Assembly: GCA_963755715.1 (NCBI GenBank)
Contig: CAVWLW010000025.1
Coordinates: forward strand, 94,367-158,366
Direction of reading: 5' to 3'
DNA length: 64,000 nt
From: an uncultured delta proteobacterium
GTDB taxonomy: Bacteria > Desulfobacterota > Binatia > UBA9968
In this document: in pieces, positions 32,092 to 41,485 of the stretch
Position numbering within the stretch: the first letter of the stretch is position 1
Layout: each line of letters begins with the position of its first letter
Position numbers and translations under genes: made by a program
Notes under the pieces: model-generated
What the model was told of the DNA's origin: nothing
Database searches by the model: none
The model's input: the letters and a program-made list of their open reading frames with translations, nothing else

Positions 32092-33186
32092 ATGACTAAA
32101 CTTCGAAACGATTCCGGATCGGTTCTCGTATTCATCACGCTCATGATCGTGCTGCTAATGATTATGGTGGGCATGGGATTGGACACGGGAATGCTCACCT
32201 ACAGCCGGAGCGTGGGGCAGCGAGCAGTGGATATGGCTGCGCTCGCTGGGGCGGCTGGACTCGCAAAGGTGGACGCCAACGCAGTCAAAAGCAATATTGA
32301 ACAGCTAAACGCGAGTAACGATTATGTCAATAGTACAGGCAACTCCATCAACGGCACTGTCAACGGTAAAAACGTAACATTGCTGACGTATGATTTTAAA
32401 GCCAATCAAATTACGGGCACTACGACTGACATCACAAAAGCCACAGCCGTTCGAGTGGCCTTAGAGACTACTAATCCGTACACGACAGGAAGTTCAAACA
32501 GCGCGGTTAACACGCCAGCCTTCCTCACGCCGCTCTTGAACTTGTTAGGTAGCAGTGCATCAGGATCGAACAACGTCAATGTTAGCGCCGTTGCAGTCAT
32601 ATACGGTCAACCGGGGCTCCCCATCGCTCTAAATGGCTGTAATGCTGCGTGGGCCGGCACAAACCAGGCAATTCCTTGGAATCAAACTCCGAGCGGGGGA
32701 TCAAATCCGAATAATTCAGGATGGACAACTTACCTTGATAACTCAGTAAGCAGTCCGGATGTAAAAGCCCTCATCCATAGGATTGCGGCATGCCAGGGTA
32801 CGGGCGTAGTTAACATTGGTACCCCTATTTGTCTTAACAACGGCTCACAAACCCCGGATTTACGGGAATTCGAAACGCTGATCGGTACCAATCCAGACGG
32901 GACGCCGAAGTGCTATCTTACCCCAATTGTTCCTTCGACTACCAACTTTACCGGCTGTGATAACGCGATACAGGCGTACGCGCAGATCTGTCCTTTGGCG
33001 ATCTGTGGTCCCGGGGTGAACGGCAATGTAAATCAAAACTTATGCACGCAACCAAACAGTTTTGGTAAGTATGTCTTTGCAACTGTCAAAAGCTGCAATG
33101 TTGGGGATCCTAACAAGCCGGGTCTAACCTCGTGTTATTCGCTTCGGTTGGTAAGGGAAAACAATGCCTGGACGACAAACTATTGA
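32092..33186 (+). CDS. tadG: TadG-like tip pilin/adhesin
   Basis: DSGSVLV, GLDTG, QRAVDMAALAGA; Asn/Thr/Cys-rich C-terminus ending LRLVR. Confidence 0.82.
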   Translation: MTKLRNDSGSVLVFITLMIVLLMIMVGMGLDTGMLTYSRSVGQRAVDMAALAGAAGLAKVDANAVKSNIEQLNASNDYVNSTGNSINGTVNGKNVTLLTYDFKANQITGTTTDITKATAVRVALETTNPYTTGSSNSAVNTPAFLTPLLNLLGSSASGSNNVNVSAVAVIYGQPGLPIALNGCNAAWAGTNQAIPWNQTPSGGSNPNNSGWTTYLDNSVSSPDVKALIHRIAACQGTGVVNIGTPICLNNGSQTPDLREFETLIGTNPDGTPKCYLTPIVPSTTNFTGCDNAIQAYAQICPLAICGPGVNGNVNQNLCTQPNSFGKYVFATVKSCNVGDPNKPGLTSCYSLRLVRENNAWTTNY

Positions 33187-33266
33187 GCCCTAAAATTTGC
33201 CATATGCCCTCTCGTTTCCGTCGTGTTTTTGTTTGAAAAGGCGCCTTTGATTGTCTGACTGCAAGC

Positions 33267-34312
33267 GTGGCGCTCGCTAGACAAATTGCAAGACCTTTGA
33301 AAAGTAAATTTTTTATTGGTGCCATCCTAGCCCTGCCATTAGTCCTATTTGCGACGATATGGCGGCATCCAAAGGAAGACACGCTTGCTGAGGTCAACGG
33401 CGCGGTGATCACCGAGCGCCACATCGAAAGTACCTTAGGCCGCCAACTTTCAGAGCTCAAACAGCAAATCTATAAGCTCAAGCGTCAGAAAGTGGATGAG
33501 CTGATTAATGCAGAACTCCTAGACGAAGAAGCCAAGCGTGCGGGCGTTTCCGTGGCGACTCTCTTGGAGAACAATTAGACGGTAAAACTTCTCCAGTTTC
33601 GGAAGAGGAAATTCGAGTGTTTTACGATCACAATAAGGCCCGTCTACGGGTCGAGTTGGAAAAGGTCCATGATCAGATTCGCGACTATTTGCGCGAGCAG
33701 AAGATCGCGGAACGGAAAAATGAATATTTCAAAACCCTCCGTTCCAAGGCAAAGGTGACAACGTATCTGAAGCCTCCACCGGTGCAGCGCGCGGACGTGT
33801 CGTTCAACGGAGCGCCGTTCAGGGGTTCGGAGAAGGCGAAAGTCACCATCGTGAAGTTCGAGGACTTTCAGTGTCCGTTTTGTAAAACCGTTCAGCCGAC
33901 GTTTAAAGATCTATTGAAAAAATATGACGGCAAAGTGCGGGTGGTTCATAAAGATCTGCCACTGGAGGCCATCCATCCGCAGGCGTTTCAAGCGGCGGAG
34001 GCGGCTCGGTGCGCCGGAGAGCAGGGTAAATTTTGGGAGTATCACGACAAGCTCTATGCTGACACGCCGAAACTGGGCGCCGAGGAGTTAAAGAGCGCGG
34101 CTAAAGACGTGGGTCTCAACATGCCGTCCTTCGATCAGTGTTTTACCAGCGGTAAATATCGTAGCGCGGTGCAGAAGGATTTGAACGATGGCGCTCAGCT
34201 CGGTCTGACTGGAACGCCGGCGTTCTTTATCAACGGCAGAGAGATGTCAGGGGCGCAGCCGTTGGACGATTTTTCGGCGATCATCGACGAGGAGCTAGGC
34301 CAGACGAAATAG
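33267..34312 (+). CDS. DsbA-family oxidoreductase with SurA-like N-terminus; frameshift ~33575
   Basis: LAEVNGAVIT N-domain; FEDFQCPFC active site; GTPAFFING cis-Pro. Bridging frame reads QLDGKTSPVSEEEIRVFY. Confidence 0.85.
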
Positions 34313-34317
34313 GCTCC

Positions 34318-35961
34318 GTGGCAATGGAGCAGCCGACAGCCATAGCCAATCATCAGGCATCAGCGCGGTTCTGGGTTTTGGCGGCTGTGGTCGGCTTGCT
34401 GCTCGGCGGCGCCGCATTCTGGGGCGCGAACAAGCGAGCGCTCGGTCTATTTCACGATGACGGTATTTACACGGTCGTCGCGAAAGCTCTTTCCCAGGGC
34501 GACGGTTATCGAATCATCAGTCTACCGACGGCCCCGCCGCAGACGAAATATCCGTTTTTGTATTCTTACCTGCTTTCCTGGATCTGGGCGTTGGATTCGA
34601 ATTTCCCACAGAACATCATTTTTCTTAAAAGCCTCAATGTCGCGATCCTCGCCGCAATTTTCTTTGTCAGCATGGTCTTTTACCGGCGGTATTTTCCTGA
34701 GGCGAAATTTGCCGCGCTGATTTTCGCGATCGTTGTTTGCACGAACCCGGTCATTTTCACTTACACCGACTATGTGATCAGTGACTTGCTTTTTGTCATG
34801 CTCGCGTTGATCGCGTTGACGATAGGCGCAGCTCAAGCCAGTGCGTCGGACCCACGATTTGACGTTCCTTTGTTGGCGCTGGTGACCGGACTGGCCTGTC
34901 TGACTCGCCTCGCGGCGGCGCCGTTGGTGCTGGCCGGGGGGCTGTATTCTTTCACGAGGCGCGGCTGGCGGGGCGTGGCTTACTTTATCGGTGTATTGGC
35001 GCTATTCCTCGTGCCTTGGTTTTTGTGGGTGTCTCGCGCGGCATTCCCATCACCGGATTCGCTCTATGCCTATTACGCTGCCTATGATTTTGGCGCCGCG
35101 CGGGCAGGGGACGCGTCGGCGTGGGCTCGTCAACTGTGGATTGTTGCGGTCGGTAATGCGCGTCATTTGGCGGTGAGTTTCGAGGTGCTCTATCTCACTC
35201 CGCTGATGCCCGGATTGTATTTTCTCGTGATTGCCCTGAGCACCATCGGCATGATTGCCTCGATACGTCGCGCAGAGCTCGTCAACTGGAGTTTTTTTTT
35301 ATCGTCCGTCGCTCTGCTTTTAATTTGGCCGTTTCACCCGGGGCGATATCTAGGGCCGCTCGTCGCCATTTTGATCTTGTTTCTCTTCCGCGGCATGAAG
35401 ACAATCGAGCAGTGGCTCGAGTCTATAAGCGGCGATTATCCATTAGCAAAGCTGGGGAGGAAAATTAGCTGGTGCCCGACGGTGCTGATTCTGATCGTCA
35501 ACGGAGTCTGGCTATCAAGTTACCTATTGATACGAGACGATAAAACGACTCGGGGCGTGTACGGGTACCGGATGCCCTATGCTTGGAGTGGGTTTGAAGA
35601 GAGTTTCGCTTGGATTCGGCAGCACACGGCTACGGATGCGTTGCTCGCCACGGCTTATGATCCAATGTATTATCTTTATACCGGCCGACGCGCGATCCGT
35701 CCGGCATTGCACCGATCGGTGACGTATTTTTACCCTTACGGGCATGCGCGCCCCGACGTCGGCTCGGTGGAAGTGATCAAGCCGCAGTTAGATAAGCTGA
35801 AAGTAGGCTATCTCGTAATCGACCCGATGGACGGTTATGCCGAAGGAAACGCGACACTGCGGTTGTTTGACGGTCTGGTTGCGGCGTACGGTGATAGAGC
35901 TAAGAATGTCTTTACCAGCATGGACGGTAAGCATAAAATTTACGCATTAGCCGTAGACTAG
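34318..35961 (+). CDS. Multi-TM GT-C (PMT/ArnT-like) glycosyltransferase candidate
   Basis: FHDDGIY acidic loop after TM1, KYPFLYSYLL, ISDLLF, many TM helices, soluble C-terminal domain. Confidence 0.65.
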   Translation: MAMEQPTAIANHQASARFWVLAAVVGLLLGGAAFWGANKRALGLFHDDGIYTVVAKALSQGDGYRIISLPTAPPQTKYPFLYSYLLSWIWALDSNFPQNIIFLKSLNVAILAAIFFVSMVFYRRYFPEAKFAALIFAIVVCTNPVIFTYTDYVISDLLFVMLALIALTIGAAQASASDPRFDVPLLALVTGLACLTRLAAAPLVLAGGLYSFTRRGWRGVAYFIGVLALFLVPWFLWVSRAAFPSPDSLYAYYAAYDFGAARAGDASAWARQLWIVAVGNARHLAVSFEVLYLTPLMPGLYFLVIALSTIGMIASIRRAELVNWSFFLSSVALLLIWPFHPGRYLGPLVAILILFLFRGMKTIEQWLESISGDYPLAKLGRKISWCPTVLILIVNGVWLSSYLLIRDDKTTRGVYGYRMPYAWSGFEESFAWIRQHTATDALLATAYDPMYYLYTGRRAIRPALHRSVTYFYPYGHARPDVGSVEVIKPQLDKLKVGYLVIDPMDGYAEGNATLRLFDGLVAAYGDRAKNVFTSMDGKHKIYALAVD

Positions 35962-35965
35962 TCGG

Positions 35966-36868
35966 ATGAATATGTTGGAAGAAGCGACGACGCTCTTATC
36001 CCGTAGCCAAAACTCGGACGGTGGCTGGGGTTCGGTCGCCGGTAAAGGCAGCAACACTGAGGCTACGGCTCTGGCTCTTTTGGCCCTGCGCTCTCTTGGC
36101 GGGCATGACCTCGCTACTCAGAAGGCCGGACAGTGGCTTGCAGAGCGCCAGAATTCCGATGGCAGTTGGCCGCTTAGCGGCATGACGAAAGGATCGTCGT
36201 GGAGTACCGCGCTGGCGCTGATTGCGCTCAGCGAATCGGCCGATCAACGGGATCGGATCGTCAAAGCCGGGAATTGGGTTCTCGAACAGGAGGGCAGTAA
36301 GCCCGGCATCCTAGCGAACCTGATTCTGGCGCTCTCTTTTGAGAAGAAAATCGTTCATTTGAATGAAGACCTAATCGGTTGGTCCTGGACGCCGCACAGC
36401 TTTAGCTGGGTAGAACCGACGAGCTATTTTATCCTCGCGTTGAAGAAGATAAAAAGCCATCTTCCAGCTAAAACGGTTCATGAGCGTGTCGAACAGGGCG
36501 AGCTGATGATCTACGACCGGATGTGCGAAGGCGGCGGCTGGAACTACGGCAACGCGGCTGTCTATGACGACCGGTTGTGGCCGTATCCCGACATTACGGC
36601 GATCGCATTGATCGCGCTGCAAGATCGGCGCGAGCGCAAAGAAAATCAGTTGAGCCTTCGCGCGTTGATCGACATGGCGCAAAATACGGGCTCCGGTTTG
36701 GCGCTTGGCTGGACTTTGCTCTGCTTGTCGATTTATGGCCAAGACGGGGCCGAGCTGAAAAAACGATTGGAACAACGATTCGTTAAAACGCAATTTCTCG
36801 GCGAGACCAAGGCTCTCGCGCTCAGCGTGCTCGCGCTGGGAAATGGCGCGCGCTATTTTCGCGTGTAG
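35966..36868 (+). CDS. Prenyltransferase/squalene-oxidase repeat protein
   Basis: QW-type repeats SQNSDGGWG, RQNSDGSW, GGGWNYGN; WVEPTS. Confidence 0.8.
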   Translation: MNMLEEATTLLSRSQNSDGGWGSVAGKGSNTEATALALLALRSLGGHDLATQKAGQWLAERQNSDGSWPLSGMTKGSSWSTALALIALSESADQRDRIVKAGNWVLEQEGSKPGILANLILALSFEKKIVHLNEDLIGWSWTPHSFSWVEPTSYFILALKKIKSHLPAKTVHERVEQGELMIYDRMCEGGGWNYGNAAVYDDRLWPYPDITAIALIALQDRRERKENQLSLRALIDMAQNTGSGLALGWTLLCLSIYGQDGAELKKRLEQRFVKTQFLGETKALALSVLALGNGARYFRV

Positions 36869-36927
36869 GAACTTGCGGTGGAACGAGAGGTGAGGCGAGA
36901 GCTCGATTTGAGCACTTGCTTTCGAAT

Positions 36928-37929
36928 ATGAAAATGAATCGACGGCAATTTTTAAAAACGACCGCGGCAGCGGCCAGCGTATATCCGTTCCTCGGCGCGT
37001 GTGAGCAGCCGATTCGCTGGGAGAAGTCGGCGTATGTCAAAGCCAAGAGTTCGCGCGTGGCGATATTGGCGGCGGATAGTTACGCTAACGGGCTGCGCGA
37101 TACGATTATCCGCGGCATCAAGTTGTTTCAGATTGACCTCACCGGCAAGCGCGTGCTGCTGAAGCCCAACCTCGTCGAGTTTGACCCCAAAGGTGTGATC
37201 AATACTCATGCTGCGGTGATCGAAGCCGCGATCGATTCGTTCAAGAGTCTCGGCGCGCGCGAAGTTATCGTCGCGGAAGGTCCGGGCCATCGGCGCGACA
37301 ACGAATATCTCTTGACCGCCTCCGGTCTCTACGATGTGATCAAAGAGCATCGCGTGCGCTACGTCGATCTCAACAGCGACGACGTTCACCTTACGAAACT
37401 GAAGAGCAGTTACACCAACCTGAAAGAGCTTTATCTCCCAGAGACGCTCTATAACGCCGACTTGCTTGTGTCGATGCCGAAGCTCAAAACGCACCATTGG
37501 GCCGGCGTGACGCTGTCGCTTAAAAACATGTTTGGCGTCGTGCCAGGATCGATTTACGGTTGGCCGAAAAACGCTCTCCACTGGGCCGGCATCAATGGCA
37601 GTATCGTCGATATCAACAGCTCCTTGCCGATCCCCCGATTCGCCATCGTCGATGGCATCGTGGGGATGGAAGGCAACGGCCCTTTGCAGGGGCAGGCAAA
37701 ACAGGGCGGCGTGCTGATTTTTGGGCCCGATCTGGTGGCGGTCGACGCCACCGCCGCAAGACTCATGACCATCGAACCGCGCCAGATAAAATACCTCACG
37801 CACGCAGCGGAATTCCTCGGTAACTTGGGCCACGAGGAAATCGAACAGATCGGCGAAAAACTCGAAAGCCACCAAAAGGATTTCCGCGTCATTGAGAAAT
37901 TTGCCTATCTGAAAAAGCTGATCGGTTAG
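36928..37929 (+). CDS. DUF362 protein with Tat (lipo)protein signal
   Basis: MNRRQFLK...LGAC; VLLKPN, PKLKTH, TLSLKNMFG, DGIVGMEGNGP, DLVAVD. Confidence 0.85.
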   Translation: MKMNRRQFLKTTAAAASVYPFLGACEQPIRWEKSAYVKAKSSRVAILAADSYANGLRDTIIRGIKLFQIDLTGKRVLLKPNLVEFDPKGVINTHAAVIEAAIDSFKSLGAREVIVAEGPGHRRDNEYLLTASGLYDVIKEHRVRYVDLNSDDVHLTKLKSSYTNLKELYLPETLYNADLLVSMPKLKTHHWAGVTLSLKNMFGVVPGSIYGWPKNALHWAGINGSIVDINSSLPIPRFAIVDGIVGMEGNGPLQGQAKQGGVLIFGPDLVAVDATAARLMTIEPRQIKYLTHAAEFLGNLGHEEIEQIGEKLESHQKDFRVIEKFAYLKKLIG

Positions 37930-38005
37930 GCGTGTTGTTTTACTCGCTCGTTTTCGCCAATTTTGTTGGTAGTCGCCTTTGAAGCGCCGAACGATTAGCG
38001 AGTGC

Positions 38006-38045
38006 AAAAAAAAGAGCCGAGCGCTGTTAGACGCTCGGCTCTTTT
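38006..38045. terminator. Bidirectional intrinsic terminator
   Basis: A8-GAGCCGAGCG-loop-CGCTCGGCTC-T4 between convergent genes. Confidence 0.85.
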
Positions 38046-38064
38046 GCGTTCGTGGGCGGGCCTG

Positions 38065-39456
38065 TCAGCTCGCTTTGTCGTCCGCCGGGATCATGAGCTT
38101 CATGCCGATGTAGATATAGTTGGGGTTTTTCAGAACGTCTTTGTTGGCTTCGTAAATCTTTTCCCACTTATCCCCCGAATTGTAAAACTGCCCCGCCAAT
38201 TTGCTGAGCGTGTCGCCCGATTTGACGGTGTATTGCTGAGAGCCGCTGGACTTAGGCGTCGGCGCGCTCGCCTGAGCCTTGTCACTGGTCGCGGGCACCT
38301 GCTTGGCTGCCAGTTTGGGCTTTTCCTCGGTTGCAAGAGGCTTAGTCTTAGCTTCGACGACCGGCGGTTTCGCGGAGGCTGGAGCGGCCACGGGTTCGGC
38401 TTTTGGCGCCACTTTCGCTACGGCGCCGGATTTATAGAGGCGATCAATAAAGCCGGAGCTGTCCAACTCTTTCATAATGCTCAGATCGACGAACTGCTCC
38501 GGACGGGCTGAGCGGGCGGCGGGATCTTTGGCGCCGAACTCGCGCAAGATGATTTGAATGCCTTTTAGGGTCGGGTAAGGTTTCTCCGGAACCAGGGTCT
38601 GGATAATCGATTCATAGGTGTCATCCAAAATATCTTTGTCGTCCGTGCGCAGGTACTTGGCGAGTATCTCCATCGTTTCTTTGCGGTGGGTCTTGGCGTA
38701 TTGGATTCCTTCGATATAGGCGCGCATGAAATCCCGCACCAAATCCGGCTTTGATTTAATCAAAGCTTTGCTGGTCGCGATGCTCGTATGCTGATATTCG
38801 AGTCCGAGCATTTGCAGATCGGCAAGCATCGGAAACCCCATCTTCTTGGCGCGGAGCGAGGTCGGCGCGGAAAGCATCGCGCCCTGGACCTTACCGGCTT
38901 CCAGCGCTGCTAGCTGAGCCGGCTGGTTGCCGAGCTGCAGGATGGCGACTTCCTTGTCCGGGTCGAGCCCGTACTTATCCAGAGCATAGCGCATCGCGAA
39001 GTCGGTCGCCGAACCATAACGAGTAACGCCGACGGATTTTCCTTTGAACTGATCCGGCCGGGTGATCCCGCGTTCGGTATAGAGCTGGAAAGTGAGCGTG
39101 TTAATAATCCCGGCGATCATGACGACGTCGGCGCCGCGCAGGTTGCTTTGAATCGCTGCCGGGCCCGCGACCGAGGCGAAGCTGATATCGCCGGCGACCA
39201 ATGCTTGCGCGGTGGTCGTGCCCGATTCGATCAGAATGGACTGAACCTCGAGTCCATATTTGCGAAAGAAGCCTTTATCCTGCGTGACCCAGAGGGGCGA
39301 CACGTTTCCCGAGATCGAACTGTAGGCGACGTTGATTTTCTGCGTCGGTCGGTCGGCCGCTGAAGAAGTCCGCGCACTGGTCATCACGGCTAAGCTAAAA
39401 ACCCCGATGATTGCGACGATGAATCGTCCCAGGACTAACTTCAATCTAATTGGCAT
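38065..39456 (-). CDS. NMT1/THI5-like ABC substrate-binding protein fused to a C-terminal LysM domain
   Basis: KGFFRKYGLEV, FKGKSVGVTRYGSATD; Pro/Ala/Lys linker; YTVKSGDTLSKLA...WEKIYEANK...NPNYIYIGMKLMIP. Confidence 0.85.
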   Translation of the reverse strand: MPIRLKLVLGRFIVAIIGVFSLAVMTSARTSSAADRPTQKINVAYSSISGNVSPLWVTQDKGFFRKYGLEVQSILIESGTTTAQALVAGDISFASVAGPAAIQSNLRGADVVMIAGIINTLTFQLYTERGITRPDQFKGKSVGVTRYGSATDFAMRYALDKYGLDPDKEVAILQLGNQPAQLAALEAGKVQGAMLSAPTSLRAKKMGFPMLADLQMLGLEYQHTSIATSKALIKSKPDLVRDFMRAYIEGIQYAKTHRKETMEILAKYLRTDDKDILDDTYESIIQTLVPEKPYPTLKGIQIILREFGAKDPAARSARPEQFVDLSIMKELDSSGFIDRLYKSGAVAKVAPKAEPVAAPASAKPPVVEAKTKPLATEEKPKLAAKQVPATSDKAQASAPTPKSSGSQQYTVKSGDTLSKLAGQFYNSGDKWEKIYEANKDVLKNPNYIYIGMKLMIPADDKAS

Positions 39457-39498
39457 TAAATTTCTCCTTTCAAATCGAAACCCTGATATATTCTCTTC

Positions 39499-40272
39499 CT
39501 ATTCGCGGTTCAAGCGAATCATCGCTGCTTTCAAGCTCGCTCTCATCCTTTCGAGTGACCGGCCCAATTCGCCGACCTCGTCGTTGGATTGAATCGTTAC
39601 CGAAGTATCGAGACGGCCGCGGCTGATATCGTCGGCGATCGCTTTCAGATCCAAAATCGGCCGGATCGTCTTGCTGGCAAGTATGATCGACAGAGCGATG
39701 CTGAGCACCAGACAACCGACGATCAGTCCGATAATCGGCAACAACGTCGAACGCACGTCGTCCTGGATCGTTTCAGCCCAGAGGCCAACCCGCACCGCCC
39801 CCAGTTGGCCGTCGAGCAGTGGCGAACGGGTTTCATAGACGGTCTTGCCGCGCAGCCGGGTCGTGCGCGATGGGCCCGCCGCGCCGCTGGCATCTTTAAG
39901 CTCCACAGGGAACGGCTGCATGCTGCTCACGAGGGTTTCGCCTTTGGGGTCTTGCACGAAAGCGTAAGCGACGCCGTCCAATCGTCCGTACTTCGCAACC
40001 AGGGCGTCGAGCTCCAAAGTGCTCTTGCGTGAAACCAGACCGGCGGCGGCGTCAGCGAGGTTGGTCGCGATGGCGGCGGAGCGCAGGTCCACCTGTTTTT
40101 GCAGCGCCGTGCTGGTAAAGTAATAGACGATGCCGATGACCAGCAGTCCTAACACCAGGATTAAACCACTGAAGGTCGCGCTAATTTTCCATCTGAGGCC
40201 GCCGCGCTGCCAGTCGATATTGACGGCTTTCGCGAGCTTGGAACTTTCCATGGACGCAGTTTCCTGAGGCAT
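39499..40272 (-). CDS. Two-TM sensor ending in a HAMP domain, with no output domain
   Basis: TM-periplasmic-TM; IRPILDLKAIADDISRGRL...DEVGELGRSLERMR, then stop. Confidence 0.82.
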   Translation of the reverse strand: MPQETASMESSKLAKAVNIDWQRGGLRWKISATFSGLILVLGLLVIGIVYYFTSTALQKQVDLRSAAIATNLADAAAGLVSRKSTLELDALVAKYGRLDGVAYAFVQDPKGETLVSSMQPFPVELKDASGAAGPSRTTRLRGKTVYETRSPLLDGQLGAVRVGLWAETIQDDVRSTLLPIIGLIVGCLVLSIALSIILASKTIRPILDLKAIADDISRGRLDTSVTIQSNDEVGELGRSLERMRASLKAAMIRLNRE

Positions 40273-40305
40273 CGATTGTCTCCTCCAAAAGGATGATAGA
40301 AAAAT

Positions 40306-41100
40306 TTAGAATCGTTTGAAGTTCGAGATCTCTTGAAACATCGATTCTTCGAACTTGTTCTTGATCTTGCTGTCGGTAATTTCCCGGCCGATCAGTACGA
40401 TCAGTTCATCGAGCTTCGATTCCGGCAAGCTGTTCGGCGATTCGCCGAGAGCTTCGATCTGATCGCGCAACACCAACGGAGCCATTGGACCCATGACTTC
40501 GGTCAAGATACTGGTCACCCGACTTAATAGCGCAGCCGGCACGAGATCGACAACTGCTTTCGCCACAGGCGCAGCGGCCTCGACCAGACCGGCTTTGTGA
40601 AGACTATAGATGACTTTCGCCGCGTAGGCGAAGGGGATGCGTAAAAGCTCGGCAATGTCTTGCACGCTTCGAAAGCCGTCGAGCTTGCTCAGCACTCGCC
40701 AACCCACGTTCGGGACTGTGATCGGTCCAGAATGGTCCGCCGGCAGGTCAGCGATCCGAAAAATGCTCTTGCCCGAGGGGATGACCTCGAGAATGGTCTC
40801 CCACTCACGCGTCATCGCTTTGACTTCATCGAGAATTTCGCTTGCAGTTTTCTGAATAGTCTCTGCGGGCGCGGCGCCGTTGGGCTGCAGGCTGAAACTG
40901 CCTTCGCCCCAGGTTACCGGATAGAGCAGTGCTTTTTCGCCTTCGCCGATGGGGCAGGTCGCGTGTACGATCTTGCCGTCGGTTACATAAACCTCGACCG
41001 TTTCTTTACCACGAACGAGCTTTAACACGCCGGATTTTTTTCCGCTCGTGGTCAGTAGTAGGAGATCGGTTAAACTGATTTGTGAAAGATTGCCTTGCAT
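40306..41100 (-). CDS. DUF4388 (PATAN-like) domain protein
   Basis: MQGNLSQISLTDLLLL...KKSGVL...DGKIVHA...GEKAL...WGEGSFS; wHTH-like middle; C-terminal MGPMA helical domain. Confidence 0.8.
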   Translation of the reverse strand: MQGNLSQISLTDLLLLTTSGKKSGVLKLVRGKETVEVYVTDGKIVHATCPIGEGEKALLYPVTWGEGSFSLQPNGAAPAETIQKTASEILDEVKAMTREWETILEVIPSGKSIFRIADLPADHSGPITVPNVGWRVLSKLDGFRSVQDIAELLRIPFAYAAKVIYSLHKAGLVEAAAPVAKAVVDLVPAALLSRVTSILTEVMGPMAPLVLRDQIEALGESPNSLPESKLDELIVLIGREITDSKIKNKFEESMFQEISNFKRF

Positions 41101-41129
41101 AAGTTTGCTACGTCAACGCGCCGCCCGTC

Positions 41130-41456
41130 TTATCGGTCTTCCATGGAGCGCCGCGAGTCTTTTCCGCCCGTCGCCTTTTTCGCTAAGTCGGCCAACTCGT
41201 CATGGCCATTCAAGGTCATCTTCAGAGTCTTGATGACGGCGAGACTTTTGCTGATACCGACCATTTGCTCGAGGGTCGATTTGATTTGATTCTGCAGCAA
41301 ATCGACTTCCTCCGTAGAAATGCCTTGCAGCTGCGCTTGGAGCTCATCGTAGAGGCGGGTAATGCTATCGATCTGGCCGAGGGACTCGGCCTTCTGCGTG
41401 ATGTCTTCGTAGAGCCGTGAGATGTCTTCCGTAAGATTTTGTAAATCGTTCTTCAT
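41130..41456 (-). CDS. Small coiled-coil hypothetical protein
   Basis: Heptad-rich with an internal repeat (ISRLYEDI / ITRLYDEL); position within the operon. Confidence 0.7.
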   Translation of the reverse strand: MKNDLQNLTEDISRLYEDITQKAESLGQIDSITRLYDELQAQLQGISTEEVDLLQNQIKSTLEQMVGISKSLAVIKTLKMTLNGHDELADLAKKATGGKDSRRSMEDR

Positions 41457-41485
41457 TTTTTTTCCAACCTTTTCCTGTTTGTTTT

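Noticed and set aside
35966-36868. Squalene-hopene cyclase
   Set aside because: Only 300 aa and no DXDD catalytic motif; it shares just the QW-type repeats.
36952-38511. Long antisense ORFs (351 aa and 169 aa), and similar ones opposite rpsA, sppA and the SPOR gene
   Set aside because: Shadow ORFs caused by GC-rich codon bias in well-supported genes on the other strand.
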